64,000 nt of DNA, from NCBI GenBank assembly GCA_041737175.1, contig JBGSSF010000034.1, forward strand, positions 143,606 through 207,605. The letters run 5' to 3'. Position numbers and translations under genes: made by a program. The DNA comes from Bacteroidales bacterium (GTDB lineage: Bacteria > Bacteroidota > Bacteroidia > Bacteroidales > UBA10428). Shown piece by piece: positions 47,000-56,191 of the stretch (within the stretch, counting starts at the first letter, position 1; every line of letters begins with the position of its first letter). The notes beneath the pieces were generated by a model that worked only from the letters and a program-made list of their open reading frames with translations, did no database searches and had not been told where the DNA came from.

Positions 47000-47446
47000 A
47001 TGGATACAACAACACAAAAAGCAATTTCTGGTTTCCGGGAAGGACTGAACTGCTCACAGGCCGTAATAACGGCCTATGCAGACGATATGCAATTTGATAA
47101 AAACCTTGCGTTAAGCATCTCTTGCGGATTTGGCGGTGGAATGGGCCGGCTTCAGGAGACCTGCGGCGCGGTGACAGGATCCTTTATGGTTCTGGGGATC
47201 CACAACTGCAGGAAGTACAATGATAACAAGGAAAGGAAGGAAAAAACCTATGCCATGGTGCAGGACTTCAGCAGGAGGTTTAAGTCAATTCATGGCACAC
47301 TCGATTGCATGGATCTGATGCAATGTGATATGAATACAGATGAAGGAAAGCAGTATGTAAAAGAAAACAACCTGCATGAGGTAGTGTGTGAAAAATGCAT
47401 TGCGGATGCGATTGGGATCATTTCCCAACTTCTTCAACCTGCCTGA
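47000..47446 (+). CDS. C_GCAxxG_C_C-family putative redox protein
   Basis: 148 aa. GLNCSQAV, CGFGGG...ETCGAVTG, and the later CMDLMQC and CEKC pairs follow the family cysteine pattern. Confidence 0.75.
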   Translation: MDTTTQKAISGFREGLNCSQAVITAYADDMQFDKNLALSISCGFGGGMGRLQETCGAVTGSFMVLGIHNCRKYNDNKERKEKTYAMVQDFSRRFKSIHGTLDCMDLMQCDMNTDEGKQYVKENNLHEVVCEKCIADAIGIISQLLQPA

Positions 47447-48644
47447 ATACCCGCAGGAAATTTCCACCCCAGATTTTGGCAATATCACTGGGGGAATAAC
47501 CTCGTTTTAGCAGCTCTGCCGTAATCCGGGGGTAATCAGCCACACTGGTGCAATCGGACAAACCGCCTCCACCGTCAAAGTCACTTCCGATACCCACATG
47601 ATCAATACCAGCAAGCTTCACGACATGATCAATGTGGTCCACTGCCTGTGCGACGGAAGGCAAAACCGGAGGATATTGTTTCTCAATGGAATCCCATTCA
47701 CTCCAGGCCGCCTTGCGTTCCTCGTCATTTTTATATTGGAAACCATGGTATTTGATCCGGAGCTCTTTGTGTTTGAGATAATTAACCGATGTTGTATCTT
47801 GAGGAACAATGTATGCACCGAGAATGCAGATCTGAATAACACCGTCCCTGGCTGCCAGTTCCCTGATCATATCATCGCTCAAATTGCGGGGATGGTCGCA
47901 CAATGACCGGACGCTTGAATGGGACGCAATTACAGGAGCCCTGGAAACAGCCAAAACATCATAGAACGATTTGTCGGAGATATGTGAGACATCCACGATC
48001 ATTCCCAGCCTGTTCATTTCGGCTACAACTTCTTTTCCGAATTTGCTTAAGCCATCGTTCTCAGCACCCTTCGGATCGGTGGATGAATCACAGATATCAT
48101 TGTTGTAACTGTGGCAAAGGGTGATGTACCGCACCCCCCTGTTGTAGAATTCCTTTATCCTGGCAATGTCTTTTGCCAAAGGGAATCCGTTTTCCATCCC
48201 CAGGCAGATGGCGCTTTTATTGTTTTTTGAGGATCTGATGATCTCTTTTACGCTTGCAGCAAGGATCACGGTTTTACTGTTCCTCTTTACCGCAGCAATT
48301 GTCGAATCCAGCATGCTTCCTGCCATTTTATAGGCCTGTGCATAATTTTCGGGAGTTCTTTCACGCTGATTGGTGAAGATCGCAAAAAAGACAGCATCCA
48401 CGTCGCCCTCGCGCAAACGGGGAAAGTCCACCCTGGATTCAGGAGCTTCATGTCGCTCAGCGGGATCAAAGTCACCATCTATCAGTTTCATGGGTGTGTC
48501 GGTATGGGTGTCGATTACATAAGCTTTGTGGTGAACCTGATTTATCATTTCCGGCGAGTTTTGGGCATGGGAGTAACTGATGGATGCTTCTAACGCAATG
48601 AGGATTAGCGCAGCAGAATAAAAGTGGGCTGACTTCATGATCAT
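47418..48644 (-). CDS. Membrane dipeptidase (peptidase family M19)
   Basis: The start is probably ATG 48644 or 48638 (MIMKSAHFYSAALILIALEA...) rather than 48710. Motifs are DTHTDTP, TLCHSYNN, VDVSH, ASHSS and DFDGGGG. The 3' end overlaps the convergent gene by 29 nt. Confidence 0.85.
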   Translation of the reverse strand: MIMKSAHFYSAALILIALEASISYSHAQNSPEMINQVHHKAYVIDTHTDTPMKLIDGDFDPAERHEAPESRVDFPRLREGDVDAVFFAIFTNQRERTPENYAQAYKMAGSMLDSTIAAVKRNSKTVILAASVKEIIRSSKNNKSAICLGMENGFPLAKDIARIKEFYNRGVRYITLCHSYNNDICDSSTDPKGAENDGLSKFGKEVVAEMNRLGMIVDVSHISDKSFYDVLAVSRAPVIASHSSVRSLCDHPRNLSDDMIRELAARDGVIQICILGAYIVPQDTTSVNYLKHKELRIKYHGFQYKNDEERKAAWSEWDSIEKQYPPVLPSVAQAVDHIDHVVKLAGIDHVGIGSDFDGGGGLSDCTSVADYPRITAELLKRGYSPSDIAKIWGGNFLRVFRQVEEVGK

Positions 48645-48864
48645 GTTAGCTGAATATTTTTGGTGCTCTAAAGTAAGAATTTTATTTATAGCATTTCGCT
48701 GTACGTTCATCGATTCGTGCCGCGGCTCATCCTTTATCTTAGGTCATTCACCGATTAATTTCATAACGGTGCTTTAAATATGCTATTTTTATACAATGAT
48801 TTGAAATCTGACATAAGGTATTAAAGCATAAACTAAAAACCTGAAGAACCAGTCAAAAATCTTA

Positions 48865-48872
48865 TATTTTTG
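48865..48872 (+). promoter_or_regulatory. Candidate Bacteroidota -7 promoter box (TAnnTTTG)
   Basis: tatttttg lies 46 nt upstream of the ATG at 48919. This is a motif match only. Confidence 0.3.
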
Positions 48873-48918
48873 TAATAATTTTTTAAACCATTCATAAACC
48901 TAAAACCAATTCAAGAAA

Positions 48919-49635
48919 ATGTCTGAAAAAGATAAGGGTTTCAAATTCAAGCGACTTTTTTTCAGGGATGCAGATCAGGATGCACCAGAGGTAAAGCAGG
49001 ACCAGAACACACCACCGGAAGGTTATCCAATGCAGGCGGATTATATTACAGGCTCTAAACTGCAGATGCCTGAAGGAGGTCAGGGACAGCAACTTGTGGA
49101 AGATTTCGTTCAGCGGCTTCAAAACCTGATCAATCAGAATAATCAAACCGGTTTTGATTTTCTGGAATTCACAGAATCTCTTTTTGAAGAAAAGCAAAAT
49201 CCCAATGCTGAAATTTATAAAACAGTTTTCAGGATTGCACAAAAGATGGACAAATCATTAACGCCGTCCCGGTTAATTGACAGCGCTATGTTTTATAAAG
49301 ATCTGGTTCAGCGGACTGCTGATTCTGAAATTCACAAGGGAGATTCCAAGAAACAGGAATTGCAAGCTGAAAAGGATAATGAAAAAAACAATCTCGACAG
49401 CAGCCTTAAAAATACAAGGACAAAAATACAACAGCTCACCAAGCAGATTCAGGAACTCCAGAACCAGGAAGTAGCTTTGAATAACCAACTCATGGCCATC
49501 GATCAGAAATACCAGGGCAAGTTTATTGATATCGACAGGAAAATAAATGCCATTCGAAATGCCAAGGAGCAGGTCATTGTAAGCATTGTTGACATTGAAG
49601 CCGGAATTAAATCGAACCTTACTTCAAATAAATAA
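48919..49635 (+). CDS. Coiled-coil protein of unknown function
   Basis: 238 aa with no TM. The N-terminus is basic/aromatic (KGFKFKRLFFRD). A Q/N/K/E-rich heptad-like C-terminal half follows (KIQQLTKQIQELQNQEVALNNQLMAIDQKY). Confidence 0.5.
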   Translation: MSEKDKGFKFKRLFFRDADQDAPEVKQDQNTPPEGYPMQADYITGSKLQMPEGGQGQQLVEDFVQRLQNLINQNNQTGFDFLEFTESLFEEKQNPNAEIYKTVFRIAQKMDKSLTPSRLIDSAMFYKDLVQRTADSEIHKGDSKKQELQAEKDNEKNNLDSSLKNTRTKIQQLTKQIQELQNQEVALNNQLMAIDQKYQGKFIDIDRKINAIRNAKEQVIVSIVDIEAGIKSNLTSNK

Positions 49636-49644
49636 AGTAATACC

Positions 49645-50766
49645 ATGCAAACAGAAACCAAAACAATTACCCAGCTGCCAATTATGAAATACTTCGATGA
49701 TGCCAAGCTGGTTGAAAAAGGTAAAGAAACACTCGCCAAATGGCGCAAGGGCGAAAAGCCCATTGCTTCCATGATTGGTTTAATACTGATCGGGATTGTT
49801 GGATATGGTGTATTCAAATGGGTAATCCCGGCGGTTTTTGGAGCTTTAAGCCAGGTTCTTGCGGTTATTGTCTCCGTTCTGGCAGTTGTCCTCGTCATTT
49901 TTCTCCTGCCTGCGATTTTTAAACTTTTCCGCAGAATTGTACGCTGGTTCCACAAAGCCATCATTCGTTGGAATCCTTTCGATGAGCTTGAAGAGCAAAA
50001 GCAGAAAATGTGGGAAACACACGATTTGTTCCTGAAACACAAATCAAAAATAAAACAGCTGCGGACCGACTTTGAGCAAATGTCAAATGATACCCGGAAG
50101 GTGGCTGATAACTCCAAAACTGAAGTTCAGCGGCAGACCAAAAAAGCCGGTGAAATAAAGCAAAAGATGGATCAGTTGATTGCTGAAAAAGGGGAAGGTA
50201 TTAAGGAAACCGACGATTATGTTGACCTGCAGCAACAATTCATCAATGCCACTTCCGCGGGAACGCGTGCAAATACTACCCTCGAGAAAAATATAGAATG
50301 GACAACCAAGTATGCGGCACGTTCGAATATTTTCGCCAATCTCGACCGTAAACTGGCCATTGGTGCAACACTCCTCGAAAATAAAATTAAGGATTTTGAG
50401 GAAAGTATAAACATCATGAAAAAGGACTGGGAAATGGCAGCTGCATCCCGTGGCGCAACGGCTATACTGAAGGAAATCCTGGGCCCGGGAGGACAAAACT
50501 GGAAGTTGGAGTATGCCGTAGAGTTTGTTGCCGGACGTATTTCGGAGGACCTCGCCACTACGGCACAAAACCTTGAGGATCTTGAAAAAAATACCTCTGA
50601 GTTCAATTTTGACAGTGATGAAGCATACGAAAAGCTTCTCGCCATTGGCAATAAGTTGGATGCCGGACAGCTGGATATTCCGAATCCTTCGAAAATTTCT
50701 AATCCGAATCATAAGCTGACACGTGAGGAAAAAAACGCAGCCGGGCCGCTTGGTGATATTTTCTAA
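49645..50766 (+). CDS. Membrane-anchored coiled-coil protein of unknown function (weak PspA/IM30-like pattern)
   Basis: 373 aa with two hydrophobic helices (IASMIGLILIGIVGYGVF, ALSQVLAVIVSVLAVVLVIFLLPAIF). Next comes LFRRIVRWFHKAIIRWNPFDELEEQKQKM... and a long helical K/E/Q-rich region. It starts 9 nt after the previous gene. Confidence 0.45.
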   Translation: MQTETKTITQLPIMKYFDDAKLVEKGKETLAKWRKGEKPIASMIGLILIGIVGYGVFKWVIPAVFGALSQVLAVIVSVLAVVLVIFLLPAIFKLFRRIVRWFHKAIIRWNPFDELEEQKQKMWETHDLFLKHKSKIKQLRTDFEQMSNDTRKVADNSKTEVQRQTKKAGEIKQKMDQLIAEKGEGIKETDDYVDLQQQFINATSAGTRANTTLEKNIEWTTKYAARSNIFANLDRKLAIGATLLENKIKDFEESINIMKKDWEMAAASRGATAILKEILGPGGQNWKLEYAVEFVAGRISEDLATTAQNLEDLEKNTSEFNFDSDEAYEKLLAIGNKLDAGQLDIPNPSKISNPNHKLTREEKNAAGPLGDIF

Positions 50767-50805
50767 ACTTAAAATTTTGTTATCAATCCTTAAATTCAAA
50801 TAAAA

Positions 50806-52359
50806 ATGACAACTGATTATCAAGACAAACCAGGAAGAACAATTCCGGGATTTCCTAAAAAGTGGACTTTTGGATTTCAATTGATAGTGCTTCTGCTTAT
50901 CATTGGCTTGATTGCTGCAGGTGTTTATTTTGGCTATCCTTATCTGAATAAGGCATCCAAAGGAAACACGGCCGATCTGCGCGCCGGATTTAACAATTTC
51001 GTTGGCTTTGCCCCGGGGATCCACATGAATGGCGGAGCTGCTCCCAATAAGGAATCGAGGATGTACAAGGAGTTTGGCATTACCTTCGAAGCCATCAGAA
51101 TGGATGATATGCAAAAACTCAATGATGCTTTGAAAAATGGAGACCTTGACTTTATTTTTACAACCACCGATATTTCTCCTATTGGAATGGACCGGACCAG
51201 CGACCTGGCAAAAATGTCGGTTGTGCAGTTTTTGAAAATAGATGATTCCCGGGGAGCGGATGTTTTTATTGTTGATGCATCCATCAATTCGGTCGCTGAT
51301 CTTAGGGGCAAAAAGATCGCCTGCGCCCTGGGTTGGCCAAGCAATACGTTGCTTCATGCTACTCTTGAGGCCGGAGGTCTTACTGAACAGGATGTCCAGA
51401 TTTTACCCATGGGTGATCCCTTTGCCGCGAAAACTGCATTTACTACCGGAAATGCTGATGCTACCGTGGTTTGGTCGCCCGACGATGAGGAATGCCTTAA
51501 ATCAAGGGCATCCAAAGTTCTGACGAGTACTGATTTACTGCCAAATATCATCATGGATGGATTTATCGCCCGGAAGGAAGTCCTTGAAGAGAAAAAAGAC
51601 CTTTTTGTTAAACTGTCCAGGGCCTGGCTGGTGGCCAATTCAGAAATGAATGATCCGGAAAAAATGGCAGCAGCCGCACAAACCTATAAGGTAGCATTCG
51701 AAGTTCCTGATGATGTCAGCATTATCCTGGACGGAATGAAAAAAATCCATTTTGCAACCTATGGTGACAACATAAACTTTTTTGGGTTGAGCACGGATTA
51801 CACGGGTATCACCGGACAGCAGCTTTATACAAAAATGGCACGTGTTTATAAAACCGGTTATGGCAACAATTTAACCAACATAGTGCCCTGGGCCGAGGCC
51901 TCTTATCCTGGTGTCGTGCAGGCTATTAATGATCTGCAGGGTGATGCGCATGCAGCAGAAGGCCTGATCCGGTTTGAATCCCCAACAGAAGCTGATGCCA
52001 CACTACCTGCTGTTGCTATAAAACCTATCATTATCAATTTCGCAACTGCTTCATGGGCACTTACACCTGATATGAAGGAAAAAATCGAAAACGAGCTCGG
52101 ACAATTGTCAGTTGAGTTCGCCGGCATGAAAGTCCGTATTGAAGGAAACACAGACAATGTGGGCGGAGCAGGTATGAACAGGGAACTCTCTTACAAGCGG
52201 GCCAAATCAGTTGCTGATTATCTGGTAAAAACCTATAATTTCGATCCCAACAGGTTTGTCATTGTTGGAAACGGACCCGATAAGCCGGTCGCAGATAACA
52301 ATTCGGAAAATGGCAGAGCTGCCAACCGGCGGACGGAGTTTCAGCTATTGGGGAAATAA
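50806..52359 (+). CDS. Membrane-anchored NMT1/SsuA-type ABC substrate-binding domain fused to a C-terminal OmpA/MotB peptidoglycan-binding domain
   Basis: 517 aa with an N-terminal TM (FGFQLIVLLLIIGLIAAGVYF). The central region is SBP-like (DFIFTTTD...ADLRGKKIACALGWPSNTLLHATLEAGGL). The C-terminus reads VRIEGNTDNVG....NRELSYKRAKSVADYL......GNGPDKPVADNNSENGRAANRRTEF, the OmpA_C signature. Confidence 0.75.
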   Translation: MTTDYQDKPGRTIPGFPKKWTFGFQLIVLLLIIGLIAAGVYFGYPYLNKASKGNTADLRAGFNNFVGFAPGIHMNGGAAPNKESRMYKEFGITFEAIRMDDMQKLNDALKNGDLDFIFTTTDISPIGMDRTSDLAKMSVVQFLKIDDSRGADVFIVDASINSVADLRGKKIACALGWPSNTLLHATLEAGGLTEQDVQILPMGDPFAAKTAFTTGNADATVVWSPDDEECLKSRASKVLTSTDLLPNIIMDGFIARKEVLEEKKDLFVKLSRAWLVANSEMNDPEKMAAAAQTYKVAFEVPDDVSIILDGMKKIHFATYGDNINFFGLSTDYTGITGQQLYTKMARVYKTGYGNNLTNIVPWAEASYPGVVQAINDLQGDAHAAEGLIRFESPTEADATLPAVAIKPIIINFATASWALTPDMKEKIENELGQLSVEFAGMKVRIEGNTDNVGGAGMNRELSYKRAKSVADYLVKTYNFDPNRFVIVGNGPDKPVADNNSENGRAANRRTEFQLLGK

Positions 52360-52381
52360 TGAGTTTGTAAAAATCAAAAAC

Positions 52382-52460
52382 AAGCGTAGTTGCAAACTAC
52401 GCTTAGCAAAACATACAGATAACCAGATTATTAGGCTAAGCGTAGTTTCAAACTACGCTT
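52382..52460 (+). repeat. Duplicated hairpin aagcgtagtt-(g/t)ca-aactacgctt in an intra-operon spacer
   Basis: Copy A is at 52382-52404 and copy B at 52438-52460. Copy B is followed by ttctttc. Both lie between the SBP-OmpA stop (52359) and the permease start (52515). Confidence 0.8.
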
Positions 52461-52514
52461 TTCTTTCAATATTTTGATACAACCGCTTGTTTTACTATAA
52501 GGAGAAAAAGAAAT

Positions 52515-53327
52515 ATGGACTTGATCAAAAAGCTTTTCAAATTCGCCGGTGAAGTAGACAGAAAAACTGAATTGGCTCTGAATATCCTGGGATGGATCCT
52601 GCTGATTTTTTTCTGGTGGCTGGTAACGACTCTCGGATGGATTAAATCCACCATTCTTCCATCGCCCATTGATGTCATCCAATGTTACAAAACCCTTTTT
52701 GTAGAGCGAAACCTTTTATTCAACACGGGATATTCCATTTTTATTAACCTGGGCGGTTATTTGCAGGCAATTGTTATTGCAATTCCGCTTGGTTTGATGG
52801 TTGGACTGATCCCTTTTTTCAGACACCTTGTCAGCAAACAGATTGAAGCAATCCGTTTTACACCACTACCGGCAACAACGGGAATATTTATGGCTCTGTT
52901 CGGATTGGGACTGGGAGTTAAAGTTGAGTTTCTGGCTTTTGGTATTTTTGTATACCTGCTTCCGGCCATTACGCAAAGAATTAAGGATATTGAAACCGAC
53001 GATCATCTGAAAGCGCTCAAGCAAACCATGTGGACTTTGAATGCCAGTCCCTGGATGACGCTAAAGCATTTCTATATTCCATCTGTCCTCAGCAGGTTTT
53101 CGATGGATGTTATTAACCTGGTAGCCGTCAGCTGGACATACATCGTAATTGCCGAGATGGTTAACGCTCAGGGCGGACTTGGCTCGATGATTTACATGGC
53201 AACTTCACGTGGCTCGCATGTCGACCAACTTTATGCCGTATTGTTGCTGATCATCTTTATCGGTTTTGTCCAGGACAAATTGCTTAAACTGCTCGATAGA
53301 AAACTATTTAACTTTAAATACGCCTGA
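52515..53327 (+). CDS. ABC transporter permease (NitT/TauT-type, SsuC/TauC-like)
   Basis: 270 aa with about 6 TM. The pattern is that of a binding-protein-dependent transport inner-membrane component (EAIRFTPLPATT... loop region). Confidence 0.8.
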   Translation: MDLIKKLFKFAGEVDRKTELALNILGWILLIFFWWLVTTLGWIKSTILPSPIDVIQCYKTLFVERNLLFNTGYSIFINLGGYLQAIVIAIPLGLMVGLIPFFRHLVSKQIEAIRFTPLPATTGIFMALFGLGLGVKVEFLAFGIFVYLLPAITQRIKDIETDDHLKALKQTMWTLNASPWMTLKHFYIPSVLSRFSMDVINLVAVSWTYIVIAEMVNAQGGLGSMIYMATSRGSHVDQLYAVLLLIIFIGFVQDKLLKLLDRKLFNFKYA

Positions 53328-53329
53328 AC

Positions 53330-54247
53330 ATGAAGCGGAATATTTTTCAAAAACAGGATGACAGTGAAATTGCCAAGCCTGTAGGACCTGAAACCGTTGC
53401 TGATGAAAGCGATAAGTCGACTTCAGTTCATGTGGATTCAGATAAGCCGTCAGATATCATAAATCTTGTCAATATCAGCCAGGTTTACACAGATCATAGT
53501 CCTCCTAACATCGTTTTTAAAGATTTCAACCTGGATATAAAGGACATTAAAACCCGGGGACAATTTATTACCATCATGGGTAAATCGGGTTGTGGAAAAT
53601 CCACTTTGCTCCGCTATATTTCGGGGCTACAGGAACCGACTTCGGGAGATGTATATATTTATGGAAAGAAGCGGACGGATAAGGATAGAATTCCCATGGT
53701 TTTTCAGCAATATACCTCATTTGAATGGAAAACGGTGCTGCAAAACGTTGCTCTGCCGCTGATTTTGAAGGGTGTGCCCAAGGAGGAAGCCCATGAAAAG
53801 GCCATGAACATGATAGAAATTGTTGGATTGGCCGGGCATGAAAACAAATGGGCCAAGTATCCGATCCTGTCCGGAGGGCAATTGCAACGGGTTGCCATTG
53901 CGAGGAATCTTGTCGTAAATCCGCAGATCTTATTAATGGACGAACCTTTTGGAGCATTAGATACCATAACCCGCAAACAAATACAGGTTTTTCTGCGTTC
54001 CATATTCGAAAACGCCAAAATCGATCCGACCGTAATCTTTGTAACTCACTCCGAAAGTGAGGCTGTTTTCCTATCCACGGATATTTTCATTCTCGATTCA
54101 GGTCCGGCTACCGTCAGACACCATTATAAAATTGATTTGCCACAAAACCGTGATGACTCAATAAGGTATTCCACCGAGTTTACTGATTACGTAAACAAAC
54201 TGGGCTCGCTACTCGAAGATCTGAAAAAGGAAACCAGGAAGGATTAA
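53330..54247 (+). CDS. ABC transporter ATP-binding protein (NitT/TauT-type)
   Basis: 305 aa. Walker A is GKSGCGKST, the signature LSGGQLQRVAIARNL and Walker B LLMDEPFGALD. There is an acidic/Ser-rich N-terminal extension of about 45 aa. Confidence 0.9.
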   Translation: MKRNIFQKQDDSEIAKPVGPETVADESDKSTSVHVDSDKPSDIINLVNISQVYTDHSPPNIVFKDFNLDIKDIKTRGQFITIMGKSGCGKSTLLRYISGLQEPTSGDVYIYGKKRTDKDRIPMVFQQYTSFEWKTVLQNVALPLILKGVPKEEAHEKAMNMIEIVGLAGHENKWAKYPILSGGQLQRVAIARNLVVNPQILLMDEPFGALDTITRKQIQVFLRSIFENAKIDPTVIFVTHSESEAVFLSTDIFILDSGPATVRHHYKIDLPQNRDDSIRYSTEFTDYVNKLGSLLEDLKKETRKD

Positions 54248-54255
54248 ACATCATA

Positions 54256-56031
54256 ATGAAAATCCACAATTACCTGTCGCGTTTCATCAATTTTATTTCT
54301 GAACACCTGAATCACAGACAGCAGATGTATGTGTTCAGTTTGTTCGTTGGCATAATCAGCGGCCTGGCAGCCGTACTTTTAAAAAATGCCGTTCATTTTA
54401 CCCATCAGTTTATATTAAGACAGGGTAGTTTGTACAGTATCAACTTTCTTTACCTGGCTTTTCCCATGCTGGGGATACTCCTTACCATCCTCTATGTCAG
54501 GTTTTTTGTCAAGGATGAAATGGGACACGGCATCACCAAGGTTTTATATTCCATTTCCAAGAAAGGCGGATATTTGCGGCCTCATAACAGTTATTCCTCC
54601 ATCATTGCGTCAACTCTTACAGTCGGATTTGGCGGTTCAGTAGGATTGGAATCCCCCGTCGTGGTTACGGGATCCTCAATGGGTTCCACGCTGGGCCGGT
54701 TGTTTGGCATGAATTATAAATCAGTTATCACACTGATAGGATGTGGCGCTGCCGGTGCCATTGCCGGTATTTTCAAGGCTCCGGTGGCAGGAGTGATTTT
54801 TGCCCTCGAAGTCTTTATGCTGGATATCGCGGTTGGTTCCATCATTCCTTTATTGATTTCCGCTGTGACAGGGGCTACAATATCCTATCTCTTTCTCGAT
54901 CCCGGTGTCAGCCTGTATTACCCGATTAACGGAACATTCAATCTGAAGAATATTCCGTGGTATATGGTGCTGGGCATTATTACCGGAATGGTTTCCCTTT
55001 ATTTTACGAAAATTACCATTCGGATTGAATCGCTTTTCGGAAAAATAAAACAGCAATGGGTCAGGCTTCTGACAGGAGGGATGGTGGTGGGTATATTGAT
55101 TCTGTTTTTCCCGCTGCTTTACGGTGAAGGTTATGACATATTGAATGTAATACTTGCAGGTGATATTGCTGAAGTAGCCCGGGACAGCATGTTTTATGGT
55201 CATACGGATAACCTGCTGGTCTTCCTGTTATTCATCGTTTTGGTGCTCCTGTTCAAACCGGTGGCCATGACGGCAACCACAGGGGGTGGCGGAGTAGGCG
55301 GAATATTTGCCCCTACCATGTTTATGGGTGGTTTTACCGGCTACCTGGCTGCCCGGATTTTGAATCTTTTTGACTTTATCCAGGTACCTGAAAAGAACTT
55401 CGTGTTAACCGGGATGGCCGGTCTGATGGCAGGGGTCATGCACGCTCCCCTTTTTGCCATTTTTCTCATCGCCGAAATTACCGGAGGTTATGTTCTCTTT
55501 ATCCCGCTGATGATCACTTCGACAATCGCATTTATCACAAACCGATATTTTCAGCCGCATTCAATATATACGCACAGGCTTGCCAAAAGGGGAGAACTGA
55601 TCACCCATAACAAGGACAAAGCTATACTGACTTTGCTTGAAATGGATGCTCTGATTGAAAAAGATTTTATCCCGGTTTCTCCGGAGGATTCCCTGGGCAA
55701 ACTCGTCAAATCCATCGCCAGGTCAAAACGCAACCTGTTTCCGGTTGTCACCGGTCAGAATATGCTGATCGGGGTGGTACTGCTCGACAGCATCAGGCAT
55801 ATCATCTTCAACACGGATATGTATGACAGGGTATTTGTTCGCGATCTCATGCAGCCTCCTCCCATGCATATCTCTCCCGGTGATTCCATGGAAAGCGTTA
55901 TGAAGAAATTTGAGGAAAATGATGCCTGGAACCTGCCTGTGATCAATAATGGAGAGTACATTGGCTTTATTTCAAAATCAAAATTGTTTTCCTTCTACAG
56001 GAAATGGCTGATTGAGATTTCGGATGAATAA
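54256..56031 (+). CDS. ClC-family voltage-gated chloride channel/antiporter with C-terminal CBS pair
   Basis: 591 aa. GGSVGLESP, GIFKAPVAG and GIFAPTMF are selectivity-filter-like motifs. The C-terminal ~140 aa are CBS-like. It starts 8 nt after the ABC ATPase stop. Confidence 0.85.
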   Translation: MKIHNYLSRFINFISEHLNHRQQMYVFSLFVGIISGLAAVLLKNAVHFTHQFILRQGSLYSINFLYLAFPMLGILLTILYVRFFVKDEMGHGITKVLYSISKKGGYLRPHNSYSSIIASTLTVGFGGSVGLESPVVVTGSSMGSTLGRLFGMNYKSVITLIGCGAAGAIAGIFKAPVAGVIFALEVFMLDIAVGSIIPLLISAVTGATISYLFLDPGVSLYYPINGTFNLKNIPWYMVLGIITGMVSLYFTKITIRIESLFGKIKQQWVRLLTGGMVVGILILFFPLLYGEGYDILNVILAGDIAEVARDSMFYGHTDNLLVFLLFIVLVLLFKPVAMTATTGGGGVGGIFAPTMFMGGFTGYLAARILNLFDFIQVPEKNFVLTGMAGLMAGVMHAPLFAIFLIAEITGGYVLFIPLMITSTIAFITNRYFQPHSIYTHRLAKRGELITHNKDKAILTLLEMDALIEKDFIPVSPEDSLGKLVKSIARSKRNLFPVVTGQNMLIGVVLLDSIRHIIFNTDMYDRVFVRDLMQPPPMHISPGDSMESVMKKFEENDAWNLPVINNGEYIGFISKSKLFSFYRKWLIEISDE

Positions 56032-56108
56032 GACCGAAGACCGAAGACCGAAGACCTAAGGCATAAGACCTCCGACCTTTGGTCTTTGGCCTATTAGCCT
56101 TTGGCCTT
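56031..56108 (+). repeat. Heptamer tandem repeat (agaccga x3 plus degenerate copies) forming an imperfect dyad with cctttgg-type repeats
   Basis: agaccga lies at 56031-56037, 56038-56044 and 56045-56051. Next come agaccta, aggcata and agacctc, then cgacctttggtctttggcctattagcctttggcctt. Pairing of the two halves needs G-U wobbles, which are available only in the plus-strand RNA. It starts at the last base of the ClC stop codon. Confidence 0.7.
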
Positions 56109-56161
56109 AAAAAATCTGATAAACTATTCATCAATAATTTTTTTCCTCCTGATTAAACTAT

Positions 56162-56169
56162 TATTTTTG
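56162..56169 (+). promoter_or_regulatory. Candidate Bacteroidota -7 promoter box (TAnnTTTG) for glyA
   Basis: tatttttg lies 22 nt upstream of the glyA ATG. This is a motif match only. Confidence 0.35.
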
Positions 56170-56191
56170 AGTCAAATCAAACCATTGCATT

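Noticed and set aside
49503-50117. A 204-aa minus-strand ORF overlaps the two coiled-coil genes.
   Set aside because: It is an antisense shadow of K/E/Q-rich coding sequence. Its composition is Ser/Phe/Cys-rich and it crosses a gene boundary.
50083-51357. A 424-aa ORF on the minus strand spans the end of one plus-strand gene, the spacer and the start of the next.
   Set aside because: The plus-strand ORFs carry recognisable domains (TM anchor, SBP-like region, and OmpA domain further on). The minus-strand product is rich in Cys, Arg, Ile and Phe, has no motif, and has no plausible start context. It is a typical antisense shadow ORF.
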